A stretch of 64,000 nucleotides of DNA, taken from Corynebacterium sp. (GTDB lineage: Bacteria; Actinomycetota; Actinomycetes; Mycobacteriales; Mycobacteriaceae). Positions 50,231 to 59,603 of this stretch are shown one piece after another. Positions within the stretch are counted from its first letter, which is position 1. Each line of letters opens with the position of its first letter. Where the stretch lies: NCBI RefSeq assembly GCF_030826625.1, contig NZ_JAPJNQ010000001.1, forward strand, positions 36,187-100,186, in the 5' to 3' direction. The notes beneath the pieces are model-generated. The model made no database searches, had not been told where the DNA came from, and worked only from the letters and a program-made list of their open reading frames with translations. The position numbers and the translations under genes were made by a program.

Positions 50231-51340
50231 TCATGACGACCTAGACCGCTTGAGATTCGAGCTGATAAGCAGGTAGAGAAGGAATACACCACCAAAAGCG
50301 GAAGTCACGATGCCAACCGGGAGATCTACGGGGATATTCGTGCGAACCACGAGGTCAGCTCCTAACAGCAAGATTGCGCCCATGAATGCAGAAGCGACCA
50401 GTGGTGGTGTGGAGAGCTTGGTGATGCGTACCGCCAACTGCGGTGCGACAAACGCGACGAATCCGATCGGCCCAGCTGCAGCCACGGCGATTGATGCCAG
50501 AGTTACTGCGATAACCAAAAAAGTTAGCTGTGTGCGTGAGACGCGAAGGCCAAGTGCTGCGGCGAGATCTTGTCCAAGCACGGCAGCAGTGAGTGTGTAC
50601 GCCATCCAAGCTAATAGCGGGACGCAGATGAGGATGACGAGTGCTACCGGAACCGCGCGGTCCCAGTTAGTCGAATTGAGGGAACCTGCTAACCACTGTT
50701 GCGCAGTAGCGGCATCCCGTAACTCTGCTCGTGTCATCAAAAAGCCGATATAAGCATTCATGAGAGCCGTGATAATGATTCCGAATAGCACCAGCCGATA
50801 GGCATCGAAACTGCCCCGTGATGAAAGGATCCAGACGACAGCACCAGTAATGAGACCACCAGCCAGTGCTGCAAGGGGTAAGCCGAAGGTGGCAACCTTT
50901 CCGGCTACCGCAGCAAAAGCTCCAACACCTCCACCGAAGGTCAGCACGGTCACGGCGGCAGCAGAAGCGCCAGAGGTAATACCAAGTATGTCTGGACTAG
51001 CAAGTGGGTTGCCAGTCACTGATTGAGTTAGCGCACCAGCCAAACCCAGAGCAAAACCTACTGTGAGTGCTGTTAAAGCCCGTGGCATACGCCAATCGAA
51101 AACTGCGATACGTTCAATACGAGAACCGTCGCCAAGGAAAATTATGCGCAATACCTCAGGGACAGTTAAAGGATAATCGCCGATGGCGATCGAAGCAGCA
51201 AAGATGATCACTGCTGCGCAGATCATCGCGATGGTGCTAAAAAGAACCCATGGGCGCCAGACCAGAGAGATACGCCCCTTGCGTAGCGCTGGCCGCCCCG
51301 GCACCACTGGACGGGACAGTAGATGTGGTGAGTTCGTCAT
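50231..51340 (-). CDS. FecCD-family iron-siderophore ABC permease
   Basis: Polytopic protein with FecCD-like conserved Gly-rich TM segments. Its stop lies 56 nt upstream of the ATPase start. Confidence 0.8.
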   Translation of the reverse strand: MTNSPHLLSRPVVPGRPALRKGRISLVWRPWVLFSTIAMICAAVIIFAASIAIGDYPLTVPEVLRIIFLGDGSRIERIAVFDWRMPRALTALTVGFALGLAGALTQSVTGNPLASPDILGITSGASAAAVTVLTFGGGVGAFAAVAGKVATFGLPLAALAGGLITGAVVWILSSRGSFDAYRLVLFGIIITALMNAYIGFLMTRAELRDAATAQQWLAGSLNSTNWDRAVPVALVILICVPLLAWMAYTLTAAVLGQDLAAALGLRVSRTQLTFLVIAVTLASIAVAAAGPIGFVAFVAPQLAVRITKLSTPPLVASAFMGAILLLGADLVVRTNIPVDLPVGIVTSAFGGVFLLYLLISSNLKRSRSS

Positions 51341-52431
51341 AGAGCAACTACCTTCCGCCGATAAATGAGGTACATAAAGAATGGCGCACCGACGAATGCC
51401 AGTACGATTCCCACTTGTAATTCACCCGGGCGGGCAATGAGACGGCCCAAAATATCTGAAAGCAACAGCAAGCTAGCACCGGTCAGCGCTGAATATGGAA
51501 GAATCCACCGGTAATCAGGCCCGCACAGACTACGAGCAATATGCGGTACAACCAAACCAATGAAGCCGATCGGGCCCGCGGCCGCCGTGGCAGCTCCCGC
51601 AAGTAACGCGATGACCACCATGCCGGCCAACCGAGCCCGGTAAGTATTGACGCCAAGCGCACTAGCTGCGTCGTCGCCAAGATTCAGCAGATTCAACGTA
51701 GGCGCGGTTGCAAGTGCAACTATGAGTCCGACCGCGATAAACGGCGCGGTGCCCCAAAAAATTGAAAGATCCCTGCCAGATAATGCGCCAACGCTCCAGA
51801 AGCGCATCCGGTCCAGACTGTTGTCGTCGATGAGTGTGAGCGCAGTGGTCATGGAATGTAGCACCGCTGTTAGCGCAGCGCCGCCAAGGATTAACGTGAG
51901 TGGATTGATCTGTCCCCCACCCAGCGAGGCAAGACCGAAAACTAATGCAGTGGCAAGAACTGCACCACAAAAAGCCACGACGGATGTGCTCAAGGCAGAA
52001 GTGAGTCCAAACGCGAAAAAGCCTAAGACGACAGCGAATGCTGCGCCCGCTGAAACACCCAATAGTCCTGGGTCAGCCAGTGGGTTTCGGGTATGGCCTT
52101 GGATTAATGCACCTGCGACACCGAGTGCGGCACCGACAAATAAGCCGATGAGGGTGCGGGGCCAGCGGAGATCTGCGATAACGCGAGCGTCCGCGGAACC
52201 AGACTGAGGTTCGTCTAGCAATGAAGGTAGATTAATTAATGCTTGTAAGGCATCTGCGAACGCAATAGGCCGGGCACCAAAAAGTAGACTAGCGAGTAAA
52301 GCAGCGGCGAGGAGAAGAGCGAGTGCTAGCAACCCTGTAATGCGACGAGTGCGCAGGGACCGCGATGACCGCGTATATTCTTGCGAGTTCTTGCGCATGC
52401 TACGTCTCGAAGATAATCTTGTCGATTTCAT
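51337..52431 (-). CDS. FecCD-family iron-siderophore ABC permease
   Basis: Paralog of the 50231-51340 gene. A 4-nt ATGA-type overlap with it indicates translational coupling. Confidence 0.8.
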   Translation of the reverse strand: MKSTRLSSRRSMRKNSQEYTRSSRSLRTRRITGLLALALLLAAALLASLLFGARPIAFADALQALINLPSLLDEPQSGSADARVIADLRWPRTLIGLFVGAALGVAGALIQGHTRNPLADPGLLGVSAGAAFAVVLGFFAFGLTSALSTSVVAFCGAVLATALVFGLASLGGGQINPLTLILGGAALTAVLHSMTTALTLIDDNSLDRMRFWSVGALSGRDLSIFWGTAPFIAVGLIVALATAPTLNLLNLGDDAASALGVNTYRARLAGMVVIALLAGAATAAAGPIGFIGLVVPHIARSLCGPDYRWILPYSALTGASLLLLSDILGRLIARPGELQVGIVLAFVGAPFFMYLIYRRKVVAL

Positions 52432-52508
52432 AGTAAAGACTAACTTATTAGATCATTGAGCCCAGTGATAAACCTTAAGTCTTGGAACAAACACGCGAGT
52501 GGCACCAT

Positions 52509-55061
52509 TTAGACACCGTGCAGAGGATTTTCCAGTTCACCAGCGTAGATGAGCGACGAATCTTGGTCACCAAGAGTAACCATAGTATGAGGGTTGCGAA
52601 GCTGTAACCGGTTTAACGTTGAATGTCGGAATCTCGGTGCCAATAGAGCTTGCCAAAGCCTTGCCTGCCGAGAGTCTCCGGTAGTTAGTTCAGGATGATC
52701 TTTGGCATATACGGAGGCAACGTGCCGAAGCTGTTCCCAAAAGACGTCTTCCTCGAGAATTGCATGATCGTCAAGCAGTGCTGCGAGATGGCGGAGAACG
52801 CCGTCAATAACATCAGTATGTATAGAAAGCGCCTGCTGGGATAAATCTTCGGGTGAGTCAGAACCGCAGCGAGCGCGCAATCGTTCTAGTCCAGAAGGAA
52901 CCGGCGTTTCATTCGACACCACGGCTATTTCTTCGCCAAGGTCCTTATGATAAATGCCAACCGGTTTATTCTGATTGAGACGTAAAATGACGTTTTCCGT
53001 ATGAGGCATGAAAACAATTCCGTAACGCACCAGTGCATGAATGAGAGGGCGAACGTACAGAGTCAAAAGCTGGTTGATCCAGTCAACAGCCGATAAGCCG
53101 CTCTGATTAATCCAGGCACTTATAAGAGGTAATCCTTCGTCATCAGAGTGAAGTATGCCCGCTAGCGTAGATAAAGTGTCGCCGTCATCCAATGCGGGAG
53201 TGGTCTCGGGGCTGAACGGAGATTGTCTCCATAATGCAGCGGTCATTTTAGTGTGAGAACCGTCGTTGGTGACGCGATGGTAAACACTGCCTGTATATCC
53301 TACTGACGCAATCTCAGGGAGAAATCCAATGCCTGATTGGAAAAACTCTGGATCATCTCCGATTAAATTCAGCAGCCAGAGATTAACTCGTGGAGTTGAC
53401 TCCATGTAATGTGCAGAAAGCCCGCGAGTAAAACCCATGTTACGAACTGCGACGGCGGTTTTTACGTATGGTGCAGCTGGAGTAGAAGTGTTGAAGAAAG
53501 TGCGCAGAGATTGTTGTGGGCGGTAGGCTTCCCCTTCTCGACCGAGTGGAACAATTCGACCGGTAGCTAAATCAGCGGAGAATGTGGTGGTAAAACGTTG
53601 CTCCCACTGCCAAGGGTGAACAGGTAGCGGGATGTAGTCGTCCGGATTAAGGCCAGCTAGTCTACAGCGGTCTTTAAAATCCGGAACCAGAGTCAATATA
53701 GCCTCGTTAGAAGAATGAGAAGACCCTGATTCTTGCGCCCTCTCGTACTCGATTGTCGCGAGATGTGCATAGTTTTTGTCTACGGCACACCAAACAAGAT
53801 CAGTAGTACTACTGAGTTCTGGCGAGAAAGCACGGAGTTGAGTTTCGCCCATTCCTCCGCGACCGGAGTTAGCTAAGAAGCCAGGGTGACCAATTACCAT
53901 CGCAGATTCAATTGCCTGGAATAGCTCTGCAGGATCTCGAGTAGCGTCGGCCAGTTCAGTAGATGTTGGCCGTGGAATGGATAAAGTCCGCGCACGTGCG
54001 GCGAAAGTTGCTGAAATTTCTTCGAGGTACGTTTCGCGCGAGCTTTTCGCGATACCAAGTTGCTCAGCTGCATCAGCGATACCTGTAATGATATCGGGTG
54101 TCCAAGTGAGATCTGCTGGATCGTGGATGCTGAGCGGATCTACGCTGAGATGAAGCAATCTATGCTCGCGAGCCCGAAAAATTAGTTTCCGGGATCCCCA
54201 GCTGATTTGATAGGAACGCCATCCGCTGTGATTGCCATCGTTAGACTCAGTCTCATTAGCAGACTCTTTGATCTTTCGCGGGGATATAAGTCTTTCATGG
54301 GTGAATTCCCGCAATGCTTTGGCGAAAAGTTCGCGGTGTGCTGCTTCAGCGGTTTTGGCTAAGTGGCCGATACCGAGTGTTACGGGGCTGGATGAATCTG
54401 TGGGCTTAATTAACTCCCAGGGGGTAGGCGCAATAGGATAACTCAGAGGGGCATTCGGCGAGCCCAGAAAATCAGGGCGTGTGCAATATTGGATTAACGC
54501 GGTTTTCGGTTTTCCGGACATCGTTAAGGTTGTTGTGAGCCCTGGTTGGGTGAATCCTGTTCGGGCATTTTTTCGATGGATTCCCAAATTAGAGACATCA
54601 GGCTCGACGACGATTCGGTTCACTTCACCGTGGCTAAAAATCCAGCGGACTAGAGCAGAGAAGATGTTATCGGTCAGTCCATGGATGCTCTTGCCTATGG
54701 GAGGCGAAACTAGGATGTGCATCCCGATATCGCCTTCATGGAGAGTGAATTCAGAACATGTGTTAAGTACAACGTGCTTTGGGTCGTAGGTTTCCGAAAG
54801 AGCAATCGGATTTCCGTCGAGATATAGTAGCCAAGCCTGTTCAGCATTGCTTGTTTCGATGCGTCGGTATTCTGCCAAAATCTCTTGTTCACTGGCATCT
54901 AAAGCACCCCAAAAGTGCGAACGAGGATGAGTGACCCATGTATGTAGTGTTTTAGCATCCTTCGTTGGTTGCACTGGGCGAATATTGACTGTCCCTAACG
55001 AAGTATGCATTGCACCAGGAGTCAAGCTGATTGGGTGGCAGGGTTGTTGTGATTTACTCAT
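52509..55061 (-). CDS. Fused siderophore N-acyltransferase (IucB/DesC-like) :: NIS synthetase (IucA/IucC/DesD-like), BibC-type
   Basis: N-terminal LHTWVTHPRSHFWG...NRIVVEPDVSNLGIHRKNARTGF fits the Acetyltransf_8/IucB family. The C-terminal roughly 620 aa (AMVIGHPGFLANSGRGGMGETQ...) are IucA/IucC plus a FhuF-like domain. The ATG at 55061 overlaps the upstream stop (ATGA) and has a GGAGGAG Shine-Dalgarno. Low GC. Confidence 0.8.
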   Translation of the reverse strand: MSKSQQPCHPISLTPGAMHTSLGTVNIRPVQPTKDAKTLHTWVTHPRSHFWGALDASEQEILAEYRRIETSNAEQAWLLYLDGNPIALSETYDPKHVVLNTCSEFTLHEGDIGMHILVSPPIGKSIHGLTDNIFSALVRWIFSHGEVNRIVVEPDVSNLGIHRKNARTGFTQPGLTTTLTMSGKPKTALIQYCTRPDFLGSPNAPLSYPIAPTPWELIKPTDSSSPVTLGIGHLAKTAEAAHRELFAKALREFTHERLISPRKIKESANETESNDGNHSGWRSYQISWGSRKLIFRAREHRLLHLSVDPLSIHDPADLTWTPDIITGIADAAEQLGIAKSSRETYLEEISATFAARARTLSIPRPTSTELADATRDPAELFQAIESAMVIGHPGFLANSGRGGMGETQLRAFSPELSSTTDLVWCAVDKNYAHLATIEYERAQESGSSHSSNEAILTLVPDFKDRCRLAGLNPDDYIPLPVHPWQWEQRFTTTFSADLATGRIVPLGREGEAYRPQQSLRTFFNTSTPAAPYVKTAVAVRNMGFTRGLSAHYMESTPRVNLWLLNLIGDDPEFFQSGIGFLPEIASVGYTGSVYHRVTNDGSHTKMTAALWRQSPFSPETTPALDDGDTLSTLAGILHSDDEGLPLISAWINQSGLSAVDWINQLLTLYVRPLIHALVRYGIVFMPHTENVILRLNQNKPVGIYHKDLGEEIAVVSNETPVPSGLERLRARCGSDSPEDLSQQALSIHTDVIDGVLRHLAALLDDHAILEEDVFWEQLRHVASVYAKDHPELTTGDSRQARLWQALLAPRFRHSTLNRLQLRNPHTMVTLGDQDSSLIYAGELENPLHGV

Positions 55062-56476
55062 ACGTTTTCTCCTCCAAATTGTTGGAAAGTCCAGGAATCT
55101 TCCACTTCGTAGACTGTGCGGCCGCATATGTTGTTGAGAATGATTGAGTTCCGCCAAGCTCCCATTCCCAAGTCTGGGGCATTGAGGCTATGGGTATGTT
55201 CTTCGGCATTGAGCACGTATAAGTCACGTCGCTGGTTAACCGTAAAATCGAGATTTACGTCCAGACGTCCTTGTTTGTCTGTGTTGATTTCGCCTGCTTC
55301 CGCAGCGGTAATCAAATGCGAAGGTATGGCAGGGCGCCCGTAGCCTGTAGCGAGGATGACGGCATCAGTCGCATGTATGTCGGCATTACCGGTTTCGTTG
55401 TTGGTCAGCTTCAGTAGTATTTGGCTCTCCGCGGCCTGCTCGTTGATGTGTCGTTCGTATGAGCTTTTGGGATCACTTTCTGTGAACAACTCCACGGTGA
55501 CATCTGGGCGTAGCTCTCCGCGTAGCGGAGTGGTAATGGACAGTTGATATAACGTGTCATAAATATCGTTAACTAAATCGCCGGAGATGCCCTTGTACAG
55601 GTTTCGCTGCTGGCGATTAATTTGATCGCGTCGCGCTTCTGGAAGTCTGTGGAAGTGGCGCACGTAGTCCGTACTAGTTAACTCCAAGGTGAGCGCAGTG
55701 TATTCCATTGGGAAGAAACGGGGTGATCTTGTTAACCAATTAAGACGGCGACCGGTTGCTGCGAAGGGCTCCATCAGGTGACGATAAATTTCTGCTGCAG
55801 ACTGGCCGGAGCCGACGATGGTCAATGACTGTATGTCTTCACTGTTCGATAAACGTTCTGCATGAAATAGGAAGTCAGAACTGTGAATAATGTTTTTGGT
55901 CTGATTTCTAGATTCGACAAGATTGGGTTGGAGCGAAGTCGGGACGTAAGGTTGAGTTCCCGTTCCGTTGACAAGATTCTTCGCAAGTACGGCCCTGGGG
56001 TTTGTGCCTCCAACTTGGACTCGCCAAAGTCCGTCTTTCGTTCGATGAACATCTGTTACGGGGCTAGACCATTGGAGTGTGCTAAGTTGGCCTGCAACCC
56101 AGGCGCAATAATTAGAGTATTCCGTACGATATGGGTAAAAAGATTCGCGAATGTAAAACTGATAAATTCGCCCCTGTCTTTTTAAGTAGTTTAGGAAGCT
56201 CCAAGGGCTGGTGGGATCGGCCAGACTGACGAGGTCCGCCATGAAGGGAACCTGGATCGTAGAGTTTGGAAACATTACGCCAGGGTGCCAACAAAAACCT
56301 TGATTTTCGTCGAAAAAGATGGCTTTGAGCTCATTCGATTGCACCAAGGGGTGTGCGAGTGCCGCCATTCCCAGATTGAAGGGCCCGATGCCGATCCCGA
56401 CAATGTCGAAAACTTCATCGGCAGCAACGCGCTGAGTTATATTAGTTGACGGTTGTTCGTGGATTTTCTTAGTCAT
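55058..56476 (-). CDS. FAD-dependent amine (lysine/diamine) N-monooxygenase (IucD/DesB/PvdA family)
   Basis: FAD-binding DIVGIGIGPFNLGMAA at the N-terminus and a K_oxygenase-like overall pattern. The ATG at 56476 has an AGGAGG Shine-Dalgarno and sits 2 nt after the decarboxylase stop. Confidence 0.85.
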   Translation of the reverse strand: MTKKIHEQPSTNITQRVAADEVFDIVGIGIGPFNLGMAALAHPLVQSNELKAIFFDENQGFCWHPGVMFPNSTIQVPFMADLVSLADPTSPWSFLNYLKRQGRIYQFYIRESFYPYRTEYSNYCAWVAGQLSTLQWSSPVTDVHRTKDGLWRVQVGGTNPRAVLAKNLVNGTGTQPYVPTSLQPNLVESRNQTKNIIHSSDFLFHAERLSNSEDIQSLTIVGSGQSAAEIYRHLMEPFAATGRRLNWLTRSPRFFPMEYTALTLELTSTDYVRHFHRLPEARRDQINRQQRNLYKGISGDLVNDIYDTLYQLSITTPLRGELRPDVTVELFTESDPKSSYERHINEQAAESQILLKLTNNETGNADIHATDAVILATGYGRPAIPSHLITAAEAGEINTDKQGRLDVNLDFTVNQRRDLYVLNAEEHTHSLNAPDLGMGAWRNSIILNNICGRTVYEVEDSWTFQQFGGENV

Positions 56477-58019
56477 CAATTTCCTCCTTGCTTTGTAGTT
56501 TGGCGCATTCATCTGTTCCAGCCGCACAAATTTTCTCTAATGCGTAGCGAATATCATCCTTAGTGAGACGTGGGTTCAGTATTGTGAATTTCAGGTAGGT
56601 TTTGCCGTTGCGCCTGGTGCTGGCTATGACGAGTTCATTCGCGTTGAACAACTGACGACGGATTGCATCGTTGATTTTGTTGATGACTTCGGTCTCCCGC
56701 ATACAAGTGTGTGAGCTTGGACTACCTGGCAGTGATGGTAGGAAACGGAAAAGGACTGTGCTCAATGTCGGGGTAGTGAGTAATTCTAGTTCCGGAAATT
56801 CATGAATTAGCTCCGCTGCATCGGTAGCAATTTCGCAACATCTATCGAATGCTTGGCCTAGCGCTTTGGGTCCGTCGGCTCGTAGGCTGAGCCACAATTT
56901 GAGTGCATCGAAGCGTCGGGTTGTTTGTAATGAGCGGTTTGCAAGATTCAATCGAGTGTCGGTCTCTGGATTAAGGTAATCCGAATGCCAAGTGACGTGT
57001 TCAAGTTCAGTGAGGTCGCGATAGATCAAAGCTGAACATGCGACTGGTTGGAAAAACGTTTTGTGAAAGTCAAGGCTAAATGAATTTGCTTGGTGAAGCC
57101 CAGAGAGTAGTTTTTGGTTTTTATCGCTAAGCAGAAGGGCACCACCGTAAGCACAATCTACGTGAACATAAATTCCGTGCTGCTGCGCTATCTGGGTTGC
57201 TTGTGCAATCGGGTCAATTGCTCCTAGATCTGTTGTGCCTGCAGTAAGGGCTAAGCAGGCTATGGTGTGTTTGCCATCGGTCTCGATTAAGGAGTTGATT
57301 GTACGGCGGAGAGAGGAAATTTTTAGTGCACCAGACGAATCACACTCGATTGTAATGACAGCTTCCTTTGGAAGGCCTAAAATATGGGCGGAGCGCGCAA
57401 TAGAATAATGTGCTTCTGCGGAGCAAAGAACTCGAAGGGAGTCTAGACTCGATCCCGAGTTCAAAGCTTTTTCACGGGAAGTGTAAAGGGCTTGTAAGTT
57501 TGACTGTGTGCCACCTGAGGTAAACGTCCCAGTTGCGTTATTCGCGTTCATTCCTGCGGAGGCAGCGAACCACTTTATGATTTGGTCTTCGATGATTGCT
57601 GCGCCGCGTCCCTGATCCCAGCTTTCGACTGCAGTATTCAATCCTGCAGAAATGGTCGCTCCGGCGAAACCTGCTGCTGTTATAGGGCAATTTAGATGCG
57701 CAAGATAACGTGGGGAATCGTACCGGATAGCGTGTGATACCCAAAGATCATTGAGTTCTTTTAGTGCTTCGTCTAGCGACCCCAGTGGTGTGTCAATTTC
57801 TACAGCATTGAAAGCTGCAGAAAGTTCGTCGACGCCAAGGTCCTTGTTGGGACAAAAAGTCTCGGGTGACGGGCTAAATGTCGGCGCGAGGGCTTGATTG
57901 AGCGTTTGTCCGGCGGATGACAAGGCGTGTTGATGACTATAGCCGTCTCCCAGGAATTGTAATCCTGGTTGTGCTTGTGGGACGAACTTCTGGGGGTATG
58001 AATCCATAGAGACCGACAC
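56469..58019 (-). CDS. PLP-dependent group II decarboxylase (DesA/lysine- or diaminobutyrate-decarboxylase-like)
   Basis: TSGGTQSNL and the PLP-lysine motif SLDFHKTFFQP. It is the first gene of the biosynthetic operon. The start is uncertain (GTG 58019 or ATG 58007). Confidence 0.8.
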   Translation of the reverse strand: MSVSMDSYPQKFVPQAQPGLQFLGDGYSHQHALSSAGQTLNQALAPTFSPSPETFCPNKDLGVDELSAAFNAVEIDTPLGSLDEALKELNDLWVSHAIRYDSPRYLAHLNCPITAAGFAGATISAGLNTAVESWDQGRGAAIIEDQIIKWFAASAGMNANNATGTFTSGGTQSNLQALYTSREKALNSGSSLDSLRVLCSAEAHYSIARSAHILGLPKEAVITIECDSSGALKISSLRRTINSLIETDGKHTIACLALTAGTTDLGAIDPIAQATQIAQQHGIYVHVDCAYGGALLLSDKNQKLLSGLHQANSFSLDFHKTFFQPVACSALIYRDLTELEHVTWHSDYLNPETDTRLNLANRSLQTTRRFDALKLWLSLRADGPKALGQAFDRCCEIATDAAELIHEFPELELLTTPTLSTVLFRFLPSLPGSPSSHTCMRETEVINKINDAIRRQLFNANELVIASTRRNGKTYLKFTILNPRLTKDDIRYALEKICAAGTDECAKLQSKEEIDD

Positions 58020-58248
58020 TAAGGTAAGGCTTCAGATGGTTCAATGAATGAAGTCTGTGAATTTCTTGTTATTTTGGTGGATGCGCTAGCATCTGGTGTC
58101 CTGTTTGTTAAATAGGAAAACCTTGCATAATGTGTCGGGCGCCCTATATCCTGAAAATGTTTATCAGACTTTCTGATGACCTTACGGAAAATCGTGCCAA
58201 CAATGTGTCGTATGGCGGTGCGCGGAATCAACGAAAGAAGGAATGAGC

Positions 58249-59322
58249 ATGTCATCTCTTATGCCCCATTCGGTTTTGCATACAAGCAACAGTAGCGGCT
58301 TAATTGCCCGTCTAGCAGCAGTTGTCTCTTCTATGACCTTAATGCTTGGTCTTGCAGCGTGTGCTGAAAATGGCGAAAGCAATGATGCTGCCGACAACAA
58401 CTCTGGTGAAACACGCACGATTGAACACGCACTTGGTGTTGCCGAGATTGAGGGCACACCCGAACGTGTGGTTACCCTTGGCCAGGGTTCCACCGAGACT
58501 ACTCTTGCACTCGGCGTGGTCCCGATCGCCGTTGAATCCTATGAATGGGGTGCAGATGAATCGGGCTACTTGCCATGGGTCAACGAAGAGCTCGAAGAAA
58601 TGGGCGTCAAAGATGACGAGAAGCCAGAGCTGATTACCGGTGCCGAAGAACTTAGCGCGGAAGAGATTGCGGCGTTGGAACCTGATCTGATCTTGGCCCC
58701 TTGGTCTGGCCTTACGCAAGAGCAGTACGACCAGATCAGTGAGATTGCGCCAACCGTCGCGTACGAAGAAGAGCCATGGGTTATTACTTGGGAAGAACAG
58801 ATCAATACTGTTGCTGAAGCACTGGGTAAAGGCGACCAAGCGCAGGACTTGATCGACGGTATCAACCAGCAGTTTGACGATGCCAAGGAAGAATCTTACG
58901 GCGAGCACACCTTCAGCTTCATCTATAACTCTGGAGTGGGAAACTACGGCATCTTCTTGCCAACGGAACAGCGTGTTCAATTCGTGTCCAAATTGGGCCT
59001 CCAGGTAGATCCAGCGGTTGAAGAGTTCCGGGATAGCGTCGTTGCGGGAACTGACTCCGCGACCGTCAGTGCAGAAAATCTGGATAAATTGAATGATTCA
59101 GATTTGATCTTCACCTTCTACTCTGACGAAGCCTCGCGGAAAGAACTGCACCAAGACCCTGCGTACTCCAGTATCGCTGCTATTGCACAGGGTGCTGAGG
59201 TTGCTCCGACCGACCAGTCCTTTGTTACGGGGTCATCGATGATTAACCCACTGACTGTTCCATGGGCAATCGAACGTTACAAAGAACAGATTGACGACGC
59301 GCTGGCAAAAGCCCAGCAATAG
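58249..59322 (+). CDS. Siderophore ABC transporter substrate-binding lipoprotein (FecB/FhuD-like)
   Basis: LMLGLAAC lipobox followed by a periplasmic-binding-protein type 8 fold pattern. It is divergent from the biosynthetic operon. The ATG at 58249 is spaced correctly from an AAGGA Shine-Dalgarno; the ATG at 58243 is too close. Confidence 0.8.
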   Translation: MSSLMPHSVLHTSNSSGLIARLAAVVSSMTLMLGLAACAENGESNDAADNNSGETRTIEHALGVAEIEGTPERVVTLGQGSTETTLALGVVPIAVESYEWGADESGYLPWVNEELEEMGVKDDEKPELITGAEELSAEEIAALEPDLILAPWSGLTQEQYDQISEIAPTVAYEEEPWVITWEEQINTVAEALGKGDQAQDLIDGINQQFDDAKEESYGEHTFSFIYNSGVGNYGIFLPTEQRVQFVSKLGLQVDPAVEEFRDSVVAGTDSATVSAENLDKLNDSDLIFTFYSDEASRKELHQDPAYSSIAAIAQGAEVAPTDQSFVTGSSMINPLTVPWAIERYKEQIDDALAKAQQ

Positions 59323-59372
59323 ATTGACGCTGTCTTCTGAATCGTGTGAGTAATTTCGATTTCAGAGACACT

Positions 59373-59418
59373 AAAAACCGCCGTGGGTGGCCCACGTACA
59401 TGGCTTTCCATGGCGGTT
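59373..59418 (-). terminator. Hairpin terminator downstream of fadD (minus strand), possibly bidirectional
   Basis: On the minus strand aaccgcc...ggcggtt encloses the inner stem cgtggg/cccacg and is followed by TTTTT. Confidence 0.5.
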
Positions 59419-59603
59419 AACTATTGGAAAAATCAGTGAAACCAGAGCCAGGCCGGCTTGCCGACGTCGGTGTCTGGTCCCTTCACCACACTGGCCAGAA
59501 AAAGCTCAAGGGCCTGGCCCCGATGGTTTAATCGGAGTCAGGCCCTTTCGGCAGTACGAAAAACAGAAGTCGCAGAACTAGCAAGTACTAGCCCGGCGAA
59601 GCG

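Noticed and set aside
55058-55157. Longer 882-aa version of the acyltransferase::synthetase ORF starting at 55157
   Set aside because: It would overlap the upstream monooxygenase gene by 100 nt. The internal ATG at 55061 has a GGAGGAG Shine-Dalgarno and forms a canonical ATGA stop/start overlap, so the shorter start is preferred.
58016-58034. Possible DtxR/IdeR iron box (TAAGGTAAGGCTTCAGATG) overlapping the decarboxylase start
   Set aside because: Only the left half and centre match TTAGGTTAGCCTAACCTAA, about 13 of 19 allowing W/S degeneracy. The right half has no matches, so it is not a credible dimer site. No better box was found by eye in 58020-58242 or 52432-52508.
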